From Thraustochytrium aureum (Eukaryota), in assembly GCA_012862495.1 (NCBI GenBank), contig BLSG01000410.1, positions 259,558 to 294,143 on the forward strand: a stretch of 34,586 nt of DNA. The letters are read 5' to 3'. Below, piece after piece: positions 22,896 through 32,600 of this stretch. The notes under the pieces are model-generated. The model was not told the origin of the DNA, made no database searches, and saw only the letters and a list, made by a program, of their open reading frames with translations. The translations under genes were made by a program, and so were the position numbers. Each line of letters starts with the position of its first letter. Position 1 is the stretch's first letter.

Positions 22896-23768
22896 ATGGC
22901 GAACGGACATGATCCGGTCGAGCGGCGCGTGCAGAGTCTGCTCGCTGAGCTTGAAGGGGATAATGCGAGGTTCGGGCTGCAGGACGACCTGGTCCTGCTC
23001 GAAGCTATTGGGGCCGGAGAGAAGCGCAAGCGGCGCGTGGCCGACCCGAGAAGGCTCGAGCAACTCGCGAGCCCGTCGGGCGGCGCCGCCGCCAAGGACC
23101 GCTTTGGGGCGGGTGGCGCTGGAGACGCCTCGATTCCAGCAGAGCCGAGCAGCCCAACTCGCAAGCTTTCGCCTCGGGAGCAAGATAGCTTGAACGAGCG
23201 GCTCTGCCGCCCGCGGTCGCCAAACAGCTCGGCCCGCACGGTCTACTTGCATGGCGCCGGCGCGTGGAGCCAGCCCAGCGGCGGCCGGTTCAGCCAGGCC
23301 AAGCCCAAGTCTTGGGTTGAGCACAATATCTATCTCAAGCGCGACATCCCAGGGCCTGCGACGTACGCGGACGCTGCTCTGCAGTCAAACTTGCCGAAAG
23401 GTGGCCGGTTCAACACGGCTCGACCGCCAAGCGCGCTTGATCTGCACCTCCTGCAGCAGCGCGACATGCCTGGCCCCGGCGGGCATGGCGAGGTCGGCTC
23501 GACCATAAGCTCTCGCGGCGTTGGCAAGGTCCAAATGTCTCGCGGCAAGACCCATTTGGACTGGGAGATTTTGCGCGCCAAGGAGTTGCCAGGCCCGGGG
23601 CAGTACAAGCAGGCGGACTTGCGGGAATCCCTTGGTAGAGGCGGCCGATTCGGCCAGCACAACCCTGCTTCAGAGCTCGACAAGGTGATTCGGCGCGCAA
23701 AGGAGCTCCCGTCCCCGAGCGAGTACTACCCAGAGTACTCGTACCAGGGACCCCCCGTCAAGCGTTGA
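22896..23768 (+). CDS. SHIPPO-1/sperm-tail PG-rich (STPG) repeat protein, likely ciliary microtubule-associated
   Basis: PGPATY, PGPGGH, PGPGQY and PSPSEY begin at 23349, 23469, 23589 and 23709, with GGRF motifs between most units. ATG at 22896. Confidence 0.8.
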   Translation: MANGHDPVERRVQSLLAELEGDNARFGLQDDLVLLEAIGAGEKRKRRVADPRRLEQLASPSGGAAAKDRFGAGGAGDASIPAEPSSPTRKLSPREQDSLNERLCRPRSPNSSARTVYLHGAGAWSQPSGGRFSQAKPKSWVEHNIYLKRDIPGPATYADAALQSNLPKGGRFNTARPPSALDLHLLQQRDMPGPGGHGEVGSTISSRGVGKVQMSRGKTHLDWEILRAKELPGPGQYKQADLRESLGRGGRFGQHNPASELDKVIRRAKELPSPSEYYPEYSYQGPPVKR

Positions 23769-24194
23769 TTCCACGCAAGGTGTAGTCAAACATTGGCCGA
23801 ACAGCAGCCAAGCCTTAGTAAATAGATCCCAGCGACCTGGTGTCAGCGCAAGTCTCAAATCAAAACGCAGGTGTATGTTTATGTCGTGCTGAGCGTGTGC
23901 GGTTGAACCAGGCCGCCGACGCAACCATCCAACAATCTCAGCCAAGGGGGCGATGTCAAATGCATCTCCCGCTGACACTGGCACGTACTCGTACGGAGGA
24001 GAACAGAAGCTGTGCGGGACTCGAAGGTGGCGGACTTGTTTAGCCCAGCGGGCTGGGCATCGGCGATATATTGGACGCTCGAAGGTGGCGGGTTGTCAAG
24101 CCCAGCGGGCTCGGGCACCAGCGATATACTCTGGCCCAGCGACGCGCGAAACACAGTTGGCGGCCGAACAGGGTCAAGCGCAAAGACGGTTAGA

Positions 24195-25880
24195 TTATTC
24201 TGCCTGGGCAATGGTTTGCGCCGTGCAAAAGAAGAGCGTAAAGGTCCCAAAGCACAGCACTGCTGATTGGGAGAGGTAGGTCTGCCAAACGCCCTCCATC
24301 GCGGCGCCACACGGCGCGCAAACCACGTCGCCTTGACCAGAGGGAGCAAGCGGCTCGACGAGGCCGCCGTCGTCAATTCGGCCGAGCCCGCACGTGCATG
24401 GCCGGGCGAGCTTTGCTCGGAAGGACTGGAGCGCACACAGTGGTGGAAGGATGAACGCGATTGCCACTGCGCTGATGTTGCCGGTAATCGACATGACAAG
24501 TCCCAGTTTGTCGACGAAGCAGCAAATGGCGACGCTTGCGCCGAAGAGGCTGAGTGTGAGGGCCAAGTGGCGGCGCAGCGGCACGTTGAGGATAGAGACA
24601 CCAGCTGGAGTGCCCGGCGCGCGCAGAACGTTGCGGCGTTGCCATCGGTACGCGAGTTCGTTGACAATGTGCCGGCAAATGAAAAAGCAGATAGGGTACG
24701 TGAAAGACCTGGAGAGCGGGCGAGGCAACAATCTCGCGATGTCAGCGCACCTGTAGGCCCCCTGCTTTGCATAGTTTGGAACTTACATGGTGAGCATGAA
24801 CAAAAGGCGGACCACTAGGATTTTGTAGTCGTCTGGCGCAAAGTTGTCCAACACGTTTTGCTTGATATTGTTGCGAAACGCAACGTAGCCAGGGATGGCA
24901 AACGCCAAACAGATCAAGATGGAAAACCCTAGGGAGAGGCGCGTGGTGCGCTTCCACCTCGGCGGCGTCGGATCTCGCAGCGAGTTGAAGAACATGAAGG
25001 CAGTGTCGTGCGCAACAAAGGCAAAGGCGAATATCCCAAACGCAGCGGAGGGATTCTTGCCCAGCCCAGTCAACCACGGCACAGAGGTGTCCGGACATGG
25101 CCCAGACTCGTGCTGCTCGCAATTGTCCCCCGAAACGAGCGAGGCGACCACAACGAGGATCACCACCACAGTCGTCACGACGGCAAACTGCGAAGCCTTC
25201 TCCAGACCAGATATATCGCGGTTCAAGCACAGCGGAAGGATCAAAAGCACCGAGAGCGAGACAATACAGACGCGGCGCAGCGCCCAGTGGTCGGCGAGGA
25301 TTCCCTGGTCGCCAGGGATACCCAGTGCGGTCGTGCAAAACTCGAACAGCACCGACGTGGACACGTCTCCGAGGATGATGAGGTAGCTCAGCATCGCGCC
25401 AAAGTCGTAAAGGAACATGAGGGCGGAGATTGCCGCGTAGCCCTTGATCCCGAACAGCTTGTCCATCAGCTCTTCATAGTTGCGGACGCCCTCCGCTCGA
25501 CCTGTCGCCACGAGGCTGCGGATTGTAAAGTCCGTCAACGAGCCAACGAGGCAGGCTAGCGCAACGCCAGTCGCCAGCCCGGCCTGGTTGAGCGCGTACG
25601 GTATCGCGAGGATCCCAGACCCCACCACGGCATTCACAAAGTTGAACACCACCCGCGTCACGCTGCTCGCGCCCTTCTCGGCATCGTCGAGCGGGAGCGA
25701 CGCGGAAACTGTGTCATGCTCAAACCCGTCGTGCAGTCCATACACGCCATCATCGCCTGCGTCAACACCGCCGTCGTCGGCACCGAGCATGCGGTCATCG
25801 GCGCCGCTGCCTTCTTCGACATTGGGCTCGCTCCCTCTGCGATGCGGCCTCGTCCTCTGCCGATCAGCATGCCCGATCAT
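24195..25880 (-). CDS. Amino-acid transporter, SLC38/AAAP family (SLC38A11-like); intron 24709-24786
   Basis: VFNFVNAVVGSGILAIPYAL, YEELM..FG..G, GAMLSYLIILGD, ILPLCL.RDI..L, GIFAFAFVAH, and spliced MSFTYPICFFICR; about 11 hydrophobic segments. Confidence 0.92.
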
Positions 25881-25975
25881 CGTGGAGCCTCGGCGTCCGA
25901 GGCCCAGGACAACCAAGCACCTGCGCCGCCAAGGACCTCGCGAGACCGGCCCCGGCCTCTTCCGCCGCTGCACTC

Positions 25976-26008
25976 CGCCGCCGCCGCTGCTCCTGCCGCC
26001 GCCGCCGC

Positions 26009-26051
<43 letters not shown>

Positions 26052-26058
26052 GCCGCTG
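25976..26058 (+). repeat. (GCC)n/(GCT)n trinucleotide microsatellite
   Basis: About 13 consecutive gct units flanked by gcc units, upstream of the transporter ATG. Confidence 0.9.
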
Positions 26059-26251
26059 CGGGGAGGATTGGAGGTCTGCTGGAGCTGGGCGGGGAGGGAG
26101 GGAGGAAGATGGTCTGCTGGGATGCCGGCCGAGACGCGCTCTCGGACATGGCGGCCCCGGGAGGGGAGGGCGAACTCGCGGCCCACGGCGGTGGGGTTGG
26201 CTGGGCAAGGGATGGTGGCTGATATGGTGCAAGATTGAGCGGCTGCGTGTT

Positions 26252-26288
26252 ACTGGCTGACTGACTCACTGACTGACTGACTGACTGA
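26252..26288 (+). repeat. (CTGA)n tetranucleotide microsatellite
   Basis: actggctgactgactcactgactgactgactgactga. Confidence 0.85.
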
Positions 26289-26401
26289 GGCGGACGGCTG
26301 TCCTCGGCGAGGGCGCCGACCAGCGGCTTGGAGACCAACCGGCTGCTCGCCTACCCCGCGCAGCGCCGCATGGGCCGGCTGAGAGGGCGTCGGCACGTTG
26401 G

Positions 26402-27851
26402 CTAGCTGGAAGCCAACTGACTGGCCTCAGAGAGCAGGGCCTCCTCGGAGGCCTCCGCCTCGTCCAGGTCTGCCTTGGTCGCAGGCTTGGCCCGGGCCAG
26501 CGTCGACCTGGAGCCAATGAGGAAGCAGAGCGAGTTGTAGTAGGTGCGCTTGTAGTCGGCCTTGCTGGCAGAGAGCAGGATGGCCATCGCGACCGACATG
26601 AAGACGCCCTCAAAGTTGGGGATGCTCTTGACCATGCCCTGCTTCTCCATGTAGATCCAGGCTGCTTCCATGCCGCGCGGCAGGCAGTAGAGCATGAGCT
26701 CCGAAATCCGCGACGGCGTCTCAAACACGGTGGAGAGACCGGTGAGCAGGCCGGCCACCAGCGCATGCCAGCCGTCGTCAGTCTGGCGCAGGTTGCGCAG
26801 GAAGCACTGCGAGCCCTTGACGCAGAATACGTACGTGGAAAGGAACACGCAAGAGCTCGCAAAACCGCGCGCAGCCCTCAGCAGCTGCCCCTTCGGGTCC
26901 TTGAGCACCGCTCCAGAGCGGAACAGCAGCAGCGGGACGAGGTGCACCGGCAGGTAGATCTTGCCTGCGCGGACCAGGCCCGCAAACCAGTCCGACACGC
27001 AGTGGACAGTGCAGGGTCCCTCGTGGTACCCGTACGAGCACGCGCGGAAGGGGATGACGCGGCCCTCCTCGAAAAACAGGTTGCGCCGCACGCGGAGAGT
27101 CCCCGCCAGCCCCTTGTCCGTGACCTGGCCCATGCCCAGGATCCACTTGTAGTAGGAGGGCTGGAGGATCTCTGGCATGAAGAGGAACCCGTACATGATG
27201 GGCATGTTGCTCACGCCAAACATGAGGGCCTCAAACCGCTTCCAGTACGGCAGCGTCCCGTCGCGCACCAGCCGCTTGGTCAGCACATCGAGACTGCGCG
27301 AAAAGGGTACAGCGAGATCATCTGCCGCCGCGACGTCTCGTCGAGCAGGACCGCAAGCCCAGCGATGCCGCCCGCGAACATCGCGTTGCGCGGCTCGTCG
27401 CGCCCGCTCCACGCCGTCAGAACCGCGTTGAGGCCGCGGAACGTGCCCGTCAGCGCGCCGAGAAAGAGGGGCAAACCTCTGCGTGTCAGCGCCCACCGCG
27501 GCGGTGAGCGCCTCGCGCGGCGTGTGCTTGCCGCCCACTGCTGAAAACGGAGCGAGAGGGCGCCCTTCAAAGCCGCGCCCATCCCGCCCCGCGCGCAGCG
27601 CCCTTCAAGAGCTCCTTGAGCGCGTGCACGGCGGCATCCTTCCCACGGGGCACTGTGCCGTCCTTGAGCAGTCCGAGGCCCTTGCCGGTCCACAGCTCTG
27701 CATCCTCCTTGACACGCTTCTGATAGGCGGCCTGCTCCGCTCGCCTCCGCTCCTGCGCCGCGGGAGAGTTATCCTCCGGGAAAATGCTCGACAGCACGCG
27801 GTTCATCCCCGTCTCCACGGAGGCCTCGACGGCATCCAGCATCTCGCTCAT
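26402..27851 (-). CDS. TMEM135: TMEM135-like (Tim17/PMP24 superfamily) membrane protein; four apparent indels in the 5' third
   Basis: FLGALTGTFRG..RNAMFAGGIAGLAVLLD..RRQMISLY, C..YH.GPC..HC, KIYLPVHLVPLLLFR, SCVFLSTY, AGLLTGLSTVFE..SRISELMLYCLPRGME. These pieces lie in ORFs 27567..27851, 27280..27693 and 26402..27538. Confidence 0.85.
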
Positions 27852-28654
27852 CTCTCAGCGCCGCCCAGCCCCCTCGAGCGCGACCTCGTCGAGGCCCAAA
27901 ACCTGCCTCCACAGCGAGCGACCGTGACACGCGGACGCGCTGCCCAAAGCCGCAAGCCGGCCTGGCGAGGATGTGGGCTGCGCGCCCGACAGCGAGCCTG
28001 ACACCGAGCCGATGGCACCGAGCCGACGGCACAGAGCCTGCCCGCGCGACGGCCTGCAGCGCCAATGGACTCGGCTCTGCCCTGCCTGCCCACCTGCTCG
28101 CTCGCCCCAGGGCGAAAAGGGCCGCGGTCGGACATGAAATTGCAGGAGCGGAACGAGCAACGAAGCGTTCGGTGGCGATGAACAAACCGTCTTCTCTTCG
28201 CGGTGGCGCGGNNNNNNNNNNNNNNNNNNNNNNNNNNNNNNNNNNNNNNNNNNNNNNNNNNNNNNNNNNNNNNNNNNNNNNNNNNNNNNNNNNNNNNNNN
28301 NNNNNNNNNNNNNNNNNNNNNNNNNNNNNNNNNNNNNNNNNNNNNNNNNNNNNNNNNNNNNNNNNNNNNNNNNNNNNCAGTGCAGCGAGCTGGAGCAGCT
28401 TCAACTCGGACAACTTTTCAAGTTGGTCGTTTTTGAAGGACTCGGACGTCCTCTAGGTACTACGCCTCCGTCGCTGTAAACGCCACGCAGTCAAGAGCTA
28501 TAGCCCTTGGAGAGACGCTGTGCCGCATTGAATCCTTTGCACTGTTCAACAAAGGTCAAGAGCTAAAGTCTCATGTGAGCGTGGCGACGTGGCGGACGCG
28601 CGTGAAAAAGCGCGTGCGCGAGAGCTCGACTGGCTGGCAGATGAGGTGGTTCGT

Positions 28655-29190
28655 GCCTTGGGAGGATCCTCCTTCAAGTTGGTGTGGAGTTGAAGCCCAA
28701 CCACTGGATCCTCCTTGCTGGAACCCCTCCCAATGCATGAGTAGCCAACTTGAAGCTGTTCGGGTACCTACCGGTAGCGGATGTGTAGTTAGGCTGAGTG
28801 CTTCAGCAAACTTGATTGAAGGATGGCGCCTTGAAGGATGGGCGGGCTGACGCATTTCTGGTCCGGGCCTGAGGCTGAGCTGACGCGTGAATGTGGATGA
28901 GTACCTCAGGGTACTCAACTCGCAGCTCTACTGACCTACGCCGGTGGCTTGCTGGCGGACGGTAAGGCTCTCTCGAAGAGTACTCCTCAGTACTTACTCA
29001 ACACGAGTATGTTGGTACTCCTACCGTGCTCGACCGGAGCTTGACCGGAGTAACACAAAGGAGGATCATTGAAGTGGATCATCGTCCGTTTCTTGTCGCA
29101 GGTCGGATGTCCAGGCGTCACAGGAGAGCCAAAACACCCCAGCCACCAAGGAGGATCCTCCTTGCAGCCACCAACGAGGATCTCCTTTCT
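28655..29190. repeat. Cluster of palindromes and short direct/inverted repeats
   Basis: Perfect 18-bp palindrome caaggaggatcctccttg (29147-29164); ggaggatcctcc (28661-28672); ggatcctccttg (28706-28717); aaggaggatc (29058-29067); tgagtacc-tcag-ggtactca (28898-28917); gagtactc (28978-28985). Confidence 0.75.
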
Positions 29191-29620
29191 GGCTCATTAT
29201 CAACCAATGTTTTGTGCTCTGAGGCTGATGAAGGTACCACAGTGCCCCTCCCGTGACGGTGTTACGCTGGTCCGAATTCCGACGGGCGGTGATGCTCGGC
29301 TCTCAAGCAACATGTGTCGTTCAAACCCCACTCGAACTCCGACTCGCATCAAGAATCCGATGGTTCGTGGAGTTCAAGTTGCTGTTGTTGCAGGGGCGCG
29401 ATGGACGATGTCCAATTCGAGAAAGATGAGCGCGAGGATCGTCCTCGACCAGACTCGCAACGACCAAGGACAGGACATCACCGCTGACTGCGAAAGCAAA
29501 GCGCGCGAGCGCACGAGCCGCAGTGGACGCCCAAGCTACATCGACAGACGGACAGACGGACAGCCCGAGCCCAGACGGACGCGGGGCAAGCGCAAGTTGT
29601 TTTGAACTGCACTATACAGC

Positions 29621-32600
29621 ATGGGGCTATGGCGAATCTCAAGAGCGCAGCCGCAGGAGAACTCCTCGGCTTGCGAGGATTTGGAAGTGGGCGAGCTGCA
29701 GACTGACGAGAAGGCGAGGCGAAAGACGGGCGACAATGTGAACCGAAGCTGGAACCAACACCAGTGGTACGCCGTGCTGCGCACCGTGTGCGACTACACT
29801 TTCAGCGTCATCCTGCTTATTGTCGCTCTGAGCCTGCCCGCCTTCTGGATCTCGGTGGCGATGCTAGAGGGCACGTGTGACGACGTCTTTGAGGCCGCCA
29901 GGGAATGCCCGAGCGTCTTCTCCGTCGTGCAGGATAGCGCGGCGCAGCAAGTACGCTGGGACGGAGAATGTGTCGAGGTTGTGAGTGTGGCGGACGTGCT
30001 GGGCGCCATGGAGTCTATGTTTCCCAACGATCTGCTAGAGCGCTTGCTGGAGGAGAGCTACGAGGGCGTGGGCACGGCCGAGGCGTTGGCGGCGGAGCTC
30101 AACGTGTGCTTCTCGGAGCCGCGCATGATGGTCTTCTTCGCTCTGACATGGGTGTGGTGGGTTGCTGCGTTGTACGCTGCCACCTTGCTTGGCGTGAGGG
30201 CTAGCAGTAAGTTGCGTCGTTCCTCGTTTTTTCGGTTCATTTTGCATCTCAGTAAGGTGGGACAACCACACGATAAGATCATGAAGAGCGTTAAGGGCTG
30301 GCTCGGGCCGAAAGTGAATGAGGATCTTTGCAAGAACCCTTCGGACTCGTTGCAGAACGCATCCATCGAGGCACGGCTCGAAGGATTTGCGGCATTCTGC
30401 CGCGCCCTGCGGTGGCTCGTGCAGTCAGCGCTTCCGTCCTGGCGCCCTGGTCCACAAGGGCGACAATGCTCCCTGGAGCACTGCGCACAGATCTTTCTCC
30501 CTGCAGAGAAATCTGACATCTATGACTTCAACGCCGATGGGCACGAGGACGAATTGAAGCGCCTGAAAGAGCGCGAGAAAGAGCAGCAGGACAAGATAGA
30601 CGCGGCGGGAAAGGACCTCGAGAGCACAGAGTCTGAGACTTCGAAGACAGAAGGCGCGCTGATGCGAAGGCAGTCCCGGCTGGAGGATCGGGAGCAGGCC
30701 GCAGACAAGACCCGACGCTACCTGGAGANNNNNNNNNNNNNNNNNNNNNNNNNNNNNNNNNNNNNNNNNNNNNNNNNNNNNNNNNNNNNNNNNNNNNNNN
30801 NNNNNNNNNNNNNNNNNNNNNNNNNNNNNNNNNNNNNNNNNNNNNNNNNNNNNNNNNNNNNNNNNNNNNNNNNNNNNNNNNNNNNNNNNNNNNNNNNNNN
30901 NNNNNNNNNNNNNNNNNNNNNNNNNNNNNNNNNNNNNNNNNNNNNNNNNNNNNNNNNNNNNNNNNNNNNNNNNNNNNNNNNNNNNNNNNNNNNNNNNNNN
31001 NNNNNNNNNNNNNNNNNNNNNNNNNNNNNNNNNNNNNNNNNNNNNNNNNNNNNNNNNNNNNNNNNNNNNNNNNNNNNNNNNNNNNNNNNNNNNNNNNNNN
31101 NNNNNNNNNNNNNNNNNNNNNNNNNNNNNNNNNNNNNNNNNNNNNNNNNNNNNNNNNNNNNNNNNNNNNNNNNNNNNNNNNNNNNNNNNNNNNNNNNNNN
31201 NNNNNNNNNNNNNNNNNNNNNNNNNNNNNNNNNNNNNNNNNNNNNNNNNNNNNNNNNNNNNNNNNNNNNNNNNNNNNNNNNNNNNNNNNNNNNNNNNNNN
31301 NNNNNNNNNNNNNNNNNNNNNNNNNNNNNNNNNNNNNNNNNNNNNNNNNNNNNNNNNNNNNNNNNNNNNNNNNNNNNNNNNNNNNNNNNNNNNNNNNNNN
31401 NNNNNNNNNNNNNNNNNNNNNNNNNNNNNNNNNNNNNNNNNNNNNNNNNNNNNNNNNNNNNNNNNNNNNNNNNNNNNNNNNNNNNNNNNNNNNNNNNNNN
31501 NNNNNNNNNNNNNNNNNNNNNNNNNTGTTGCACGGCTCGGCGCCGGCCGCCTAGAGCGCAGCCCAACCGGCCGAGGAGAAAATCTCCAGCGCCGTACCCA
31601 AAGCCCCAGCCACCTACCAACCGGCCCAGGACGTCGAGCGATCCGTCAAGGTTGTCGGCGCATCCAGAGCGCCGGTCGTCCAGAGCCCAGAGCAACGGGC
31701 CTCCGACTTCGAGCTTCATGTCACGGTCGTCGCACTCATCGCACTCACCTCCGAAAAAGACGGGCCCGAGTCGGCTGGGGTCGAGACTGCGCGACTGCGC
31801 TTTGTGGTTGCGGAGGCTGTTTGCGCGTCTGTGGGATTTGCTGCGAATGCCCTGCCCGAGCTTGCCGCATGGTTTTCCTTGCTGCTCTCCGCCTTCGGAT
31901 GACGAGGAATCTGATGATGATGATTCCCAACCACCGGCGATTGCGCCCTCAGAGACAGAGAGACGTAGGTCGTCGCGCAAGCACAGGTGCGGCGATGGCG
32001 GCCGCTGCGACAGCTGCTATTGCGATAAGCACACTTGCATCAAGCCAAATGGGCGATGCAGCCAGTGCGTATGCCCTCGTCACAGCACTACGCGCGTGCT
32101 CATTCGTGACGAGCTTGTATGCCCAGAATGCTTCTGCACCAACGAGGACAACCACGAAAAGCACGAGCGCAAAACCGAGTGGAAAGACGGCAGGATGTAC
32201 TGCCCCAAGTGCATGTGCATGTCCCCGTTGCACAAGCCTAACTTGCAGCGAGAGCTGGTCAACGGCAAGCCCGTCTGCCTGACCTGTTTCTGCGTCAGCG
32301 ACAACCACGACGAGCCCGTGGCGAGAGAGCCTGACCAACACGGTGCTCTGCACTGCCCCGAGTGCGAATGCGACCTTCACGGCAACCTCCCGCGCGTGCT
32401 TGTTCGCGACGAGCTCGTGTGCACGGAATGCTTCTGCACCAACGAGATCAACCACGAGAAGCATGAGCGCAAAACCGAGTGGAAAGACGGCGTGCGGTAC
32501 TGCCGCAAGTGCACGTGCATGTCCCCCTTGCACAAGCCGGGCTTGCAGCGCGAGATGGTCAACGGCAAGCTCGTCTGCCGGACCTGTTTCTGCGTCAGCG

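Noticed and set aside
25864..26338. Poly-Q, poly-A, poly-S and poly-L ORFs
   Set aside because: Translations of the GCT/GCC microsatellite upstream of the transporter's likely ATG at 25880.
352..27592. Genome-wide programmed frameshifting as an explanation for the split genes
   Set aside because: Shifts go in both directions, share no motif and some cluster at contig ends; only the 21319 site fits a slippery consensus.
28655..29190. CRISPR-like array
   Set aside because: Repeats are irregularly spaced, short and in mixed orientation; there are no cas genes and the context is eukaryotic.
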